A DNA stretch of 63,844 nt, counting the filler, from an uncultured bacterium (GTDB taxonomy: Bacteria > Latescibacterota > UBA2968): NCBI GenBank assembly GCA_964471275.1. It is 8 parts of 8 records of this genome, joined end to end, with 100 filler letters (N's around TTAATTAATTAA, not from the genome) between each part and the next. Parts side by side here need not be neighbours in the genome. Positions count along the whole stretch, not along the records: positions 16,738 to 24,986 come from CAYYGZ010000212.1; positions 25,087 to 33,311 come from CAYYGZ010000213.1; 6 more parts are not named here. One strand, 5' to 3'. The notes below the pieces were generated by a model. It saw only the letters and a list, made by a program, of their open reading frames with translations, did no database searches and had not been told where the DNA came from. A program made the position numbers and the translations under genes. This document shows, one piece after another, positions 21,058 to 30,509 of this stretch; positions within the stretch are counted from its first letter, which is position 1, and every line of letters starts with the position of its first letter.

Positions 21058-22143
21058 ATGGAGATTTATCGAGCAGCGTTGGTGGGATGCAGTCGAATGG
21101 GAGCGTTTATCGACAACGAGGTACCCAAAGAGAGGGGGCCGTATTCTCACGCGGCAGGTTATGAGGCCTGCGAGCGGACGGAGATGGTGGCCTGTTCGGA
21201 TCTGCGAGAAGATGTGATGGCGCAGGTTGGGGTGCGGTACGGGGTGCCCGGGGAGAGGCAATATGTTGACTACAGGGAGATGATCGACAAGGAGCAGCCG
21301 GAAATTCTGAGTGTGGCGACGCAGCCGGAGCATCGTGCGGGGATTGTGGTCTATGCTGCGGAAAATGGCGTGAAGGCGATCTATGCCGAAAAGGCCATGG
21401 CGTCGTCGATGGCAGACGCGGATGCGATGGTGGAGGCCGTTGAGAGGAACGGCGTGCTCTTTAACATGGGGACGAATCGGCGGTGGGATCCGGGGTATGA
21501 TGCGATGATCAATGTCGTCACCAGTGGGCGGATCGGATCGCTCAAGTCGGTCGTCAGTCATATGACGGGGACGCTGTTTAACACGGCGAGCCATATTTTC
21601 GATCTGCTGATGCGACTGAATGATGATCAGCCGGCAGCGTGGGTGCAGGCGCATTTACCGAATGGGGACACTTCAATTGACGGTGAGCGGCTGACTCAGG
21701 ATCCAATGGGACACGGGATGATTCAGTTCGAGAACGGGGTTACGGCATACGCGCTGAATTCGGGGAGAGGGCTGGAGGTGGAGGCGATCGGGGAGCGGGG
21801 TGCGGTGTCTGCGCTGGGGACGGATCGGGAGTGGCGGGTGAGAGAGGAGGGGGACTCCGCTCATGGCACGCATCGGGGGAAGGAGGTTTGGGTGGATGGG
21901 GTATTTCCGAGTTTTGAGCGAAGGAGCTCGACACTGCGGCTGATCGAGGATTTGGTTCAGGCGTTGGATAACGGGGGAGAGACGCGGTGTGGAGTTCGAC
22001 TGGCAAGGGCGAATAATGAGCTGCTTTTTGCATTTGTCGAATCGCACGTGAGAGAAGGGGCAAGGGTTGAGGTGCCGTTGGAGGGGAGTTCATACTTTCT
22101 GAAGCGGGATTGGGAAGCCAGGCAGCCGAAGTTTGAGAGATGA
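21058..22143 (+). CDS. Gfo/Idh/MocA family oxidoreductase
   Basis: AALVGCSRMG, EILSVATQ, AEKAMA, NRRW, GRIG. Confidence 0.9.
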   Translation: MEIYRAALVGCSRMGAFIDNEVPKERGPYSHAAGYEACERTEMVACSDLREDVMAQVGVRYGVPGERQYVDYREMIDKEQPEILSVATQPEHRAGIVVYAAENGVKAIYAEKAMASSMADADAMVEAVERNGVLFNMGTNRRWDPGYDAMINVVTSGRIGSLKSVVSHMTGTLFNTASHIFDLLMRLNDDQPAAWVQAHLPNGDTSIDGERLTQDPMGHGMIQFENGVTAYALNSGRGLEVEAIGERGAVSALGTDREWRVREEGDSAHGTHRGKEVWVDGVFPSFERRSSTLRLIEDLVQALDNGGETRCGVRLARANNELLFAFVESHVREGARVEVPLEGSSYFLKRDWEARQPKFER

Positions 22144-22254
22144 GATGTATAGCGAAGTTGTTTGTCTGTTTGTTCGGGCTGAATCGATGATCGAGAGGTC
22201 TCAGTTCCTTTCGTAGTATCCGCCCCACCCGATTTCGCCGACCCATGTCGGCGA

Positions 22255-22501
22255 CCTCCCCTTCGACGTCGTTCAGGACATGCTTTTGGCCGAGCCTGTA
22301 CCACCCGTAAACGACCCGCAGAAAGACGGTCAGGACAGCGTTCAGGAGCTCGCGCTCCACATGCCCTGGCAACGGCGGTCCGAGGTCCGTGCGCGATCCA
22401 AAACCGTCTCCAGATGCTCCGCTACGACCTGGTAAAGAGGTTCCTCCATCGGGCTCCGACGATGGTAACAACGCGTTTGGGGCAGGGAACGAACACTTCA
22501 T
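22255..22501 (-). mobile_element. Internally deleted IS91-like transposase remnant plus a palindromic repeat
   Basis: LPGHVERE directly joined to LLNAVLTVFLRVVYGWYR, two motifs normally far apart in IS91-type transposases. GTCCTGAACGACGTCGAAGGG repeat-like sequence adjacent. Confidence 0.5.
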
Positions 22502-22900
22502 CCGACCTAGACTCTAGCGTGGCATCGGTGCAGGAGGACGTCAGGTAGCACACAGGAACCTCTGTGGGGCTTGCCTGTCGTTAGAGATTAGTTTTGGGCA
22601 CGAAGCGCCCCCCCATGCACAGAGAATCAACCAATGTGAGCAATTGTTCTTCAAGTGCGCTCTCTACCTCCCCCCCGACGCCGGCAGGTTTGATGGCGTC
22701 CTGCTCATGTTCATTTGGTCAATGGGCTGGAGTTGTCAAAACCGATAGGATACTTAGTCGTAATTGAGGCCAACCTTTCGATCGCGTGCAGATTTTTGGG
22801 ATCGATCGCCAACACCGCACGATAGTTCCCATCCGCTTCTGGCATCCGGTGTATCCGCATCACGTCCGTGACAACCAGCAAAGAATTCACATCAGGGGAG

Positions 22901-24240
22901 TCAAAATCGAACGCTGCGCTTCGCAGCCGTTGCGGCCAGCCTGAATTCTCCCTGGGAATAGAATGACTCCGAGAGTGCTCGCAAAAACTGACAATTTGCG
23001 GGTTCGGCTTGAATGCAAATGTCCAGAATCCGCATAGACAGTCTTCCCTGATCCTGATCTCCGGGCCTCACACCCAATCTGTATCCCAGGTTCCAGAACG
23101 CATCCCCGGTCACTCCAAGGGAATCCGCAGTCATCCACGCCGCCGCAGCGCGACCCGGTTCATCACCCGACAAAGCCTTCTCCGCGATCTTGACCAAACG
23201 ATGGGATCTCCTATCCGGAGAGTTCGGCCGCTCGGATTGTGCTGGAAGCTCGCCGTCCACCAAGAGACCATCCGGCAACGATATCACATACCTTTGGGCA
23301 GCCACGCCATCTTGCCCAAAGTGAGTCGAAAACCAATTCGAACGCCTGGCGAGAGAGAAGAGATCCCCAGGCGTTACACGTGCAACGGCCTCATATAGAG
23401 TCCTGAGTTCAGTCGCGGCGATGTGATACTCGCCCTTCCAATGCGTCTCTACGTAGCCTCTTGGAAGCGACCTGGCAAAGTGTCCGGCTCGCCATTCGTG
23501 TGAGGGTGAGGCAGGAAGTCGGGCCAGGAAAGTGTCCTCAAGTGCGTTCTCGTCTGTAATGTGAACATCCGGTCCCGAGTAGTATCCACTCAAACCGATC
23601 GTGGATCGCACGGTAACGAGTGGCTTCATTACCCGCAGGGCGTGGCCGTCAGTTGCTCTCTCACCCGGAATCTCGCCGTTGTTGCGCAGCACCGCTGGCA
23701 AACTTGTCTGCTCGAAATAGAAGGCCCGCTCATCGACCACGCCTCTTGGAGCCGGTCTTTTTGGAATATCTGACCATCTCGTACGAACAGGAGAGGCGCC
23801 GGCCAGCACCCGATCAAGAGCGTTGCCGCAACCAGTGGGTGACCTGTCAGCCGATTCCACTTGAGCGAGACAGAAACTAGCACCACGGAGACCAGATACA
23901 TTGTGGCCAAAAACCGACTGCTCATGAAATCGCCGCCAATCCAGATTAGGTAGCCACACCGGAGGATGAACCCAAAGGCAGCGAAGATGAGGCGTGGTTG
24001 CCTATTCTGAATAGCACAGGTGAATGCACCGACAGCCACCAGGAGGGCAATGGGATCCCTCCTGATCGAATCGATGAGGTAGTCCATTCCCTGGCCCACC
24101 AGGACGCTGCGAGACACTCCTGTATTAAGTTTGGCGAAGGCCGTGTTGGGAAAGGGAGACCCATAGTAGAATGTGGCAAATCCAAACTAGAGGAAGAGCG
24201 GGAGAAAGCTAAGTATAATGGGTCGGATTGATGCACACGG
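22901..24240 (-). pseudogene. AftB-like (GT-C arabinofuranosyltransferase-like) membrane glycosyltransferase pseudogene
   Basis: Motifs YYGSPFPNTAFAK, GGDFMSSRF, GVVDERAFY, IGLSGYYSGPDVHITD, WRAGHFARSLPRGY are split across two frames. In-frame TAG at 24187-24189; N-terminal half absent. Confidence 0.75.
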
Positions 24241-24408
24241 ACCTACGCACCAGAGTCGGCTGGATCATATCATGGCTGCGCTGCCCAAAACGCGGCAGAG
24301 GTCTTCGCCTTTTTGGTTTCGCAGATGCTTGCCTGAAGAAGGCCCGGGCGATTCACCGGACATCCTGATCTCGGCTTCGATCTCACGCAGCCCCTCCATT
24401 TCGGGGTT

Positions 24409-24986
24409 TCAGGGACCGAACTTCCAGACGCTCTGGGCGGTTTTGGCGAAGAGCCATTCTTTGTCGTTGTCGCTGAGGAAGGGGAGATGGTGGCGGAAGA
24501 GGTCGAGGCCGTTCTGGTAGCCGATGTTGCGGAGGATGTGGGGGAAGTCTGTGCCCCACATCAGGCGCTGTGGGCCGAAGGTGTCGTAAATGCGGTGGTA
24601 GACATCGTGGGTGTCCGTTAGCGGGAAGTTTTCGTTGGATTTGCCGGCCTGGGGAGTGAATTTAACGTAGACGTTCGGATACTTTGCCATGTTCAGGACG
24701 ATCTGGAGGAGCGGGCAGGGATCCTCTTCGTCGAAGGGGGCACCGCCGAGGTGGTCGAGGACGACCTTTACGTTTGGGAAGCGGGCGATGATGGGCTCGA
24801 TGGCGGGGAGGCGTTCGACGGGGCCGAAGCTGAGGAAGGATGCGCTCAGTGATTCGGCCCTTTCCCAGATGGGATACTGGTCAGGTGCGGCCCATTCTGC
24901 GGGGTCATCAGGACGTGCCAGATGCATGCGGACACCTTCGAAACCATCCTCTGTCACCAGGCGCTCGAGTTCGTCCGCAGCGTCAG
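24409..24986 (-). CDS. Amidohydrolase_2 family protein (5' truncated)
   Basis: GFEGVR, VVLDHLG, YPNVYVK, FGPQRLMWGTDFP. Confidence 0.88.
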
Positions 24987-25757
24987 NNNNNNNNNNNNNN
25001 NNNNNNNNNNNNNNNNNNNNNNNNNNNNNNTTAATTAATTAANNNNNNNNNNNNNNNNNNNNNNNNNNNNNNNNNNNNNNNNNNNNCAGGAAAGACTATG
25101 CGGGATACATGCTTACACTTCCGGACGGTCAGTCCGTTCAGTCTGTCCTGCCTGACTGGGCCTTGTGTGAGTTGGAATGGTCGATCGTGATGCCCGCGAT
25201 CTGCGTGATCGCGCTGTCACGGCTGGCAATGCTGGCGATCGTGCTGAGTCAGGAGCGTACTCGCAAGAAGATGCCGATATCTGCATCTCCCGAACGGCAG
25301 GAAGACATCGGTTTCCCGGGGTAGGCAACGCAGGCGCATGTTGCTGGAAAACGTGAAAAATAACGTGTAAAAGATTGTGCTGAAAGGTTTTAAGGCTAAT
25401 CCTATTCTGATAACAGGAGGGTTTGGGATGTCGATTGGCACTGCGCTGGTCTACGCTCTCGCTGCTGTCCTCCTGCTGCTCTCTGGGCCGTGCGAAAGAG
25501 GGAAGAATAGGGGATCGCATCCCGCTTGCCTTGCGTCGCGAACGGGACGCGAGGCCCGAGCTGGCCGTGGAGTCTATTCGTACCACCTGGAACAAGGTCC
25601 GGGCTGTGGGCGTCAAACCCACGAACCGCGACCATGCCTCACTTGACCCGTTCTGCACAACCTGAGATATTGTAACTGGTTGACCTTAAGCAGTTTATGT
25701 CGCTTAAGACGGACCACCTCTTCTCCCCTGAACGCTCACTTCGACATCGAGATTGCC

Positions 25758-28700
25758 TTGTCGGATCGTGGATCGCTGCTCCCACGCATTTCAGTAAACC
25801 GCCCGGTTACCGTGATTATGGCCCTGGCCGCTCTTCTGGTCCTGGGGGCGCTTGCCTACGTGCGTGTGCCCGTAAAGCTTTTCCCCGAGGGGCTCGAATT
25901 CGGCCGCCTCTACATCCGCATCGACTACCGCAATTCTTCGCCCCAGGAGTCAGAACAGCAAATTACCCGGCCGCTGGAGGAAACGCTCCGCGCGATCAAG
26001 GGGATCGAGGCTCTGCGGACCTGGAGTGACGACCGAGGGACTCGGGCGAGTCTCGCGTTCCGCCAGGGAATCAACATCAGCTTCGCCTACAATCAGATTA
26101 TTGACCGACTTGACCGTCTGAAGCCCCTTTTGCCCGAGGAGTCCCGTGACCGTGTGCGTGTCTATAAGTTTGACGCCAGCGGGATCAATATCATGTGGGC
26201 AGGTGTGACGCTTCCGTCTTCGATTGTGGACCCCTACCAGTTTATGCAGCGTGTAGTCGTCCGACCGCTGGAGCGGATCGACGGAGTCGGGATCGTGGAT
26301 CTCTACGGGGTGGATGAGAAGGAGGTGATGGTCGAGATCGATCAGGACCGTCTTCGTTCGCGCGGATTGTCGATCGGGGCGCTTGTCCAGTCCCTGCAGA
26401 GCGATAACTTCGCCCTGACGGGGGGGCACGTCCTCGAGGGGAGCAAGAAGCTCTTCGTCCGTTCGATCGCGAGATACCAGAACCTGGAGGATATACAGCG
26501 GATCAAGGTGCGGGCGCGTACCGGTATGGAGGTAGCGCTCAAGGATGTGGCGACGGTCTCGTATGGCGTCCCGGAGCGACGATCCTACCAGCGACTGGAT
26601 GGGGAGTTTGCGGTCGCTTTCGGCATCAAGGGGGAATCTGGTGCGAATATCAGCAAGACCGCAAAAGTCGTTGAGGAAGCGCTCAGGAAGATCGAGGATC
26701 GGGTCCCGGGGCTGACGTTCAACACCTTTTACAACCAGGGCGATCAGATATTGGAGGCGATCCGAAATCTGCAGAGTACGGGGCTCTGGGGGGGGCTTTT
26801 TGCGGCCCTGATCCTGCTCTACTTCCTCCGAACCGTGCGGATGACGTCGATTATCACGCTCTCGATCCCGCTCTGCCTGTTGATGACGTTGACGGTGATC
26901 TACTTCATTGACTGGTCGCTGAACATGATCACGATGATGGGGCTTATGGTTGGTGTCGGCATGGTGGTCGATAACGGTATCGTAATCCTTGAGAACATCT
27001 ACCGAATCCGGACGAGCGAGACCGATCGTGACCGGGCATCGATTCACGGGGCGAGTGAAGTGGGGCTGGCAATCACGATGGCCACCCTGACGACTGTGGT
27101 GGTGTTTCTCCCGTTGATGCTGATGGGAGGGAAGAGCCGGATGATGAGCTTTTACCTCACCAAGATGGGGTTACCGATCATTGTCGCGCTGACCGCCTCT
27201 CTCTTTGTTGCTTTGATCTTTATCCCCCTTGCGGCGGCTCGGATTGGCGGGAGCAAGGTGAAGGGGGAGACAAGGCTGATTTCCGGCCTGAAGAGGCAAT
27301 ACAGGAGGACGTTGGGCTGGACACTGCACCACAGGAGAGACGCTATTCTGGTCGCCCTCGTCGGGTTCATGACGATTTCGATCCCAATGGGAGGCTTGAA
27401 GCGAGGAGGGAGCAGAAGAAACTTTACCAACAGTTTTCGTGTCCGGATGGAGATGCCCAGACACTTCAAACTCGAGCAGACAACCTCCGTGCTTGACCAT
27501 GTAGAGGCATTCTATCAAGAGAATCGCGAAGAATACGACATCCGAACGATCCGAACCGACTACCGGCAAACCTACGCAAAGCTGCAGATCTTCCTGAATT
27601 CGCGAGCGAACGAAGCGTGGTGGTATGTCGCATACAAGAACATGATGAAAACTTTCGGATACCCGGTCTCAAAAGAAATGGAACGGGACGAAGTACTGAA
27701 GCACGCTCAGGCAAACATGCCCACGTTTGTCGGGGTGGAGGGCCGTGTCGACCGTCAGGGCAACGGGTCGAGTGATCCGAGCGTCCGGGTCGTCCTGCAG
27801 GGAGATGATACGGATGTTCTCCTGGCGATGGTTGATGAGGTCTCGCGAAGGCTTGAAACGATTCCGTCGGCCCTGAACGTCGAACGGGAAGACGAGGAGG
27901 AGCAGGGGTTCGAGGAGGAAGTCCGCGTTCACGTCGATCGCGATCGGGCGAATTTACTCGGGATTTCGGCCCAGGACGTTGCTCGTCAGATCGGATTCGC
28001 CCTGCAGGGCGTGAACCTCCCGAGATTCCAGGCCGATGAGCGCGAGGTGCGCGTGAAGATGTATCTCGAGCAAGGCGACCGGAAGACCCTGCAGCAGCTC
28101 AAGAATTTCACCTTCGCATCTTCCGACGGTGGGGAGGTCGCGCTGGGTGAGCTGGCGCAGATCAAGGTGGGCAAGAGCACGGGACGCATCTATCGGCGAG
28201 ATGGCAAGACGCGTATCGTTGTGAAGGCGTTTTCGACCAAGAAAGATCGGAAGCGGCTCTACGCGGACGTAGATGTCGCCATGGCCGGGTTCAGTATGCC
28301 CCGAGGGTATAGCTGGAACAAGGGGGAGAGCTTCCGGACGATGACGGAAGACGACCAGACGCTGAACTTTGCGACAACGATGGCGGTCACCTTCGTATTC
28401 CTTCTCATGGGCGTGCTTTTTGAGTCGTTTATCCTGCCCTTCTCCGTCCTGTTCTCCATTCCCTTCGCGTTTCTGGGCGTCTACTGGTTCCTGTTCCTGA
28501 CCGGGACACCGATGAACATGATGGCTATGGTCGGGATGATCATCCTGATCGGGGTGGTCGTGAACAATGCGATCGTCCTGGTCGACATGGTGAACCGTCT
28601 GCGTGGCGAAGGGTTGTCGCGCACAAACGCGATCCTGGAAGCGGGAGCAAACCGGTTCAGACCGATCCTGATGACCACCTTCACCACGATCTTTGGTCTG

Positions 28701-28889
28701 TTGCCTATGGCTGTCGGAAACAGCAACTTAATGGGGCAGCCCTATTCGCCGTTGGGGCGCACAATGATGGGGGGGCTGATCTCCTCGACGGTACTGACCC
28801 TCTTGGTCGTTCCCCTTCTCTACACGCTTCTCGATGATCTCGCGCAATTGGTGAAACGCCTAGTGGCAGGGGCACTTGTCTCGCCCTGA
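25758..28889 (+). CDS. RND efflux transporter permease (AcrB/AcrD/AcrF family)
   Basis: SVNRPVT, GMVVDNGIVILENI, ATLTTVVVFLP, GVVVNNAIVLVD, RFRPILMTT. Likely TTG start at 25758. Confidence 0.95.
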   Translation: MSDRGSLLPRISVNRPVTVIMALAALLVLGALAYVRVPVKLFPEGLEFGRLYIRIDYRNSSPQESEQQITRPLEETLRAIKGIEALRTWSDDRGTRASLAFRQGINISFAYNQIIDRLDRLKPLLPEESRDRVRVYKFDASGINIMWAGVTLPSSIVDPYQFMQRVVVRPLERIDGVGIVDLYGVDEKEVMVEIDQDRLRSRGLSIGALVQSLQSDNFALTGGHVLEGSKKLFVRSIARYQNLEDIQRIKVRARTGMEVALKDVATVSYGVPERRSYQRLDGEFAVAFGIKGESGANISKTAKVVEEALRKIEDRVPGLTFNTFYNQGDQILEAIRNLQSTGLWGGLFAALILLYFLRTVRMTSIITLSIPLCLLMTLTVIYFIDWSLNMITMMGLMVGVGMVVDNGIVILENIYRIRTSETDRDRASIHGASEVGLAITMATLTTVVVFLPLMLMGGKSRMMSFYLTKMGLPIIVALTASLFVALIFIPLAAARIGGSKVKGETRLISGLKRQYRRTLGWTLHHRRDAILVALVGFMTISIPMGGLKRGGSRRNFTNSFRVRMEMPRHFKLEQTTSVLDHVEAFYQENREEYDIRTIRTDYRQTYAKLQIFLNSRANEAWWYVAYKNMMKTFGYPVSKEMERDEVLKHAQANMPTFVGVEGRVDRQGNGSSDPSVRVVLQGDDTDVLLAMVDEVSRRLETIPSALNVEREDEEEQGFEEEVRVHVDRDRANLLGISAQDVARQIGFALQGVNLPRFQADEREVRVKMYLEQGDRKTLQQLKNFTFASSDGGEVALGELAQIKVGKSTGRIYRRDGKTRIVVKAFSTKKDRKRLYADVDVAMAGFSMPRGYSWNKGESFRTMTEDDQTLNFATTMAVTFVFLLMGVLFESFILPFSVLFSIPFAFLGVYWFLFLTGTPMNMMAMVGMIILIGVVVNNAIVLVDMVNRLRGEGLSRTNAILEAGANRFRPILMTTFTTIFGLLPMAVGNSNLMGQPYSPLGRTMMGGLISSTVLTLLVVPLLYTLLDDLAQLVKRLVAGALVSP

Positions 28890-28924
28890 TTCGTTGGTGC
28901 CTATCCGACTTCTGATATTACTAG

Positions 28925-28955
28925 AGCTAAAATTTCCTGCGCAGGGAATTTTGCT
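28925..28955. terminator. Hairpin between convergent genes
   Basis: AGC-T-AAAATTTCCTG-CG-CAGGGAATTTT-GCT. Confidence 0.5.
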
Positions 28956-29113
28956 ATGAAAAGCTTTAAATTCAGGGTTTCTGCCTGAACGAGCTCCTAC
29001 GTTTGCCCGGAAATGGCGTCATCGACGCAAGCTGCGGCTGTCAGCGCCGTCCGGCAGCCATTGACCGGTCTCGGACGGAGTATCAGGATCAATGCTTCGT
29101 CCAGACGGGCGGT

Positions 29114-30094
29114 CTACAGGGGAGCGTATAGGACCGGGGTCACACCACCGGATTCTGCCGATACCTTGATCGCCTCATACAAGACCAGGCTTTTGTAGCT
29201 CTCGTAGATGTTCGACCGCATCGTCTTCCGCCCTTCCTTCAGAGCCGCTACATAATCGGCAAGCTCCGCCAGATGGCCGGTGTCATTGCCGCTGTCGCCC
29301 GAACTCGTGAAGGTCGGCGGCTCACGCCATTCGACCGGTTTTCCATCCTCGGTGATTCGCCAGCACGAGGAGTTGTGGATCGACATGAAATTGCCGCCGC
29401 GTACAGAGATTTCGATTTCCTCGGTCGGGACCTGGAAAGACCGGCCGCAGTTCAGGCTCAAGGTGCCAACGGCTCCAGAGGCAAACCGCAGGCTGACAGC
29501 GTAGGCGTCCTTGCCTTTTGCGAATGTGAAGACCTCGGACACATCACCGAACAGGTAGCCTACCAGATCGATGATGTGGATGCAGAAATCCAGCAGGAAT
29601 GACCTACGGGGGGAGTCGTTCTTGTATTGCGCGGAGCAATAATCTATCGAGATCATGTACCGGTCTTCGATCGGGAACCCCTCGAGCCACTCCACCGCGC
29701 GGTTGTTGCTCTGAGCATACCGCTTTTTGAAAGCGGTCGTACAGAGGAGTCCCGTTTCCGCGGCCACGCGAGCCACCGCCAGCGCATCTTCGGCGGAAGC
29801 GGCAGGCGGCTTCTCCGTGTAGATTGGGTAACCCAGACGGAGGACCTGCGTGGCGACCTTCGCGTGTGCCTCAGGACCGATACAACAGATGACACCATCG
29901 GGTTTCAATTCCTCCAGCATCACACTGAGATCTCCGAACGCCGTGCCGCCGAATCGTCGAGCGTTCCGTTCGGCCTTCTCACTGTCAAGATCACAGACGC
30001 CCACGATGCGGGCGCCCGCTGCACCCAGGTTTGGGTATATGCGACGGGTAGATAGATTTCCTGCACCGACTATGGCAATCCTGGGTTCCGTCAT
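29114..30094 (-). CDS. Gfo/Idh/MocA family oxidoreductase
   Basis: IAIVGAG, GVCDLD, TEKPPA, DFCIHIIDL. Confidence 0.9.
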   Translation of the reverse strand: MTEPRIAIVGAGNLSTRRIYPNLGAAGARIVGVCDLDSEKAERNARRFGGTAFGDLSVMLEELKPDGVICCIGPEAHAKVATQVLRLGYPIYTEKPPAASAEDALAVARVAAETGLLCTTAFKKRYAQSNNRAVEWLEGFPIEDRYMISIDYCSAQYKNDSPRRSFLLDFCIHIIDLVGYLFGDVSEVFTFAKGKDAYAVSLRFASGAVGTLSLNCGRSFQVPTEEIEISVRGGNFMSIHNSSCWRITEDGKPVEWREPPTFTSSGDSGNDTGHLAELADYVAALKEGRKTMRSNIYESYKSLVLYEAIKVSAESGGVTPVLYAPL

Positions 30095-30509
30095 TCAGGG
30101 CTCTCCGCGATAAGGGCATCAGGAATAGGCACGTGTTCTTCTACACACCGTGTAGAACGGCCAGCCAAAGGCACACCCCAGCAGGCTCGAGATGTGCGTG
30201 AGACGGTCAGAGTCCACGAGCTTGTGGTGTCTTGCAGACAGAGGATTCGAATCGAGGCGTGATCCCGTGCAGGTTCGCACAACAAGTGATTCTGCAAATG
30301 AGCAGCACGGGGAAGCGAGTCGTATCAGATTTTGCCTGGCACGAATGAACAGGTCGATAATGATCGTCCTGATTGCTTTTGTCAACTGGGGTGGTCGCGG
30401 TGCCCGGGCGCCCGTAACTTGCCCATCTCTTTGATGTTGAGTTCATTCCGTTTGCTGGCACAGAAAAGGTTACTCCTGCTCGCTGTGCGATGACGAAGAT
30501 GAGGATGGC

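Noticed and set aside
30235..30260. GGATTCGAATC resembling a tRNA T-arm
   Set aside because: No acceptor, D or anticodon stems can be built around it.
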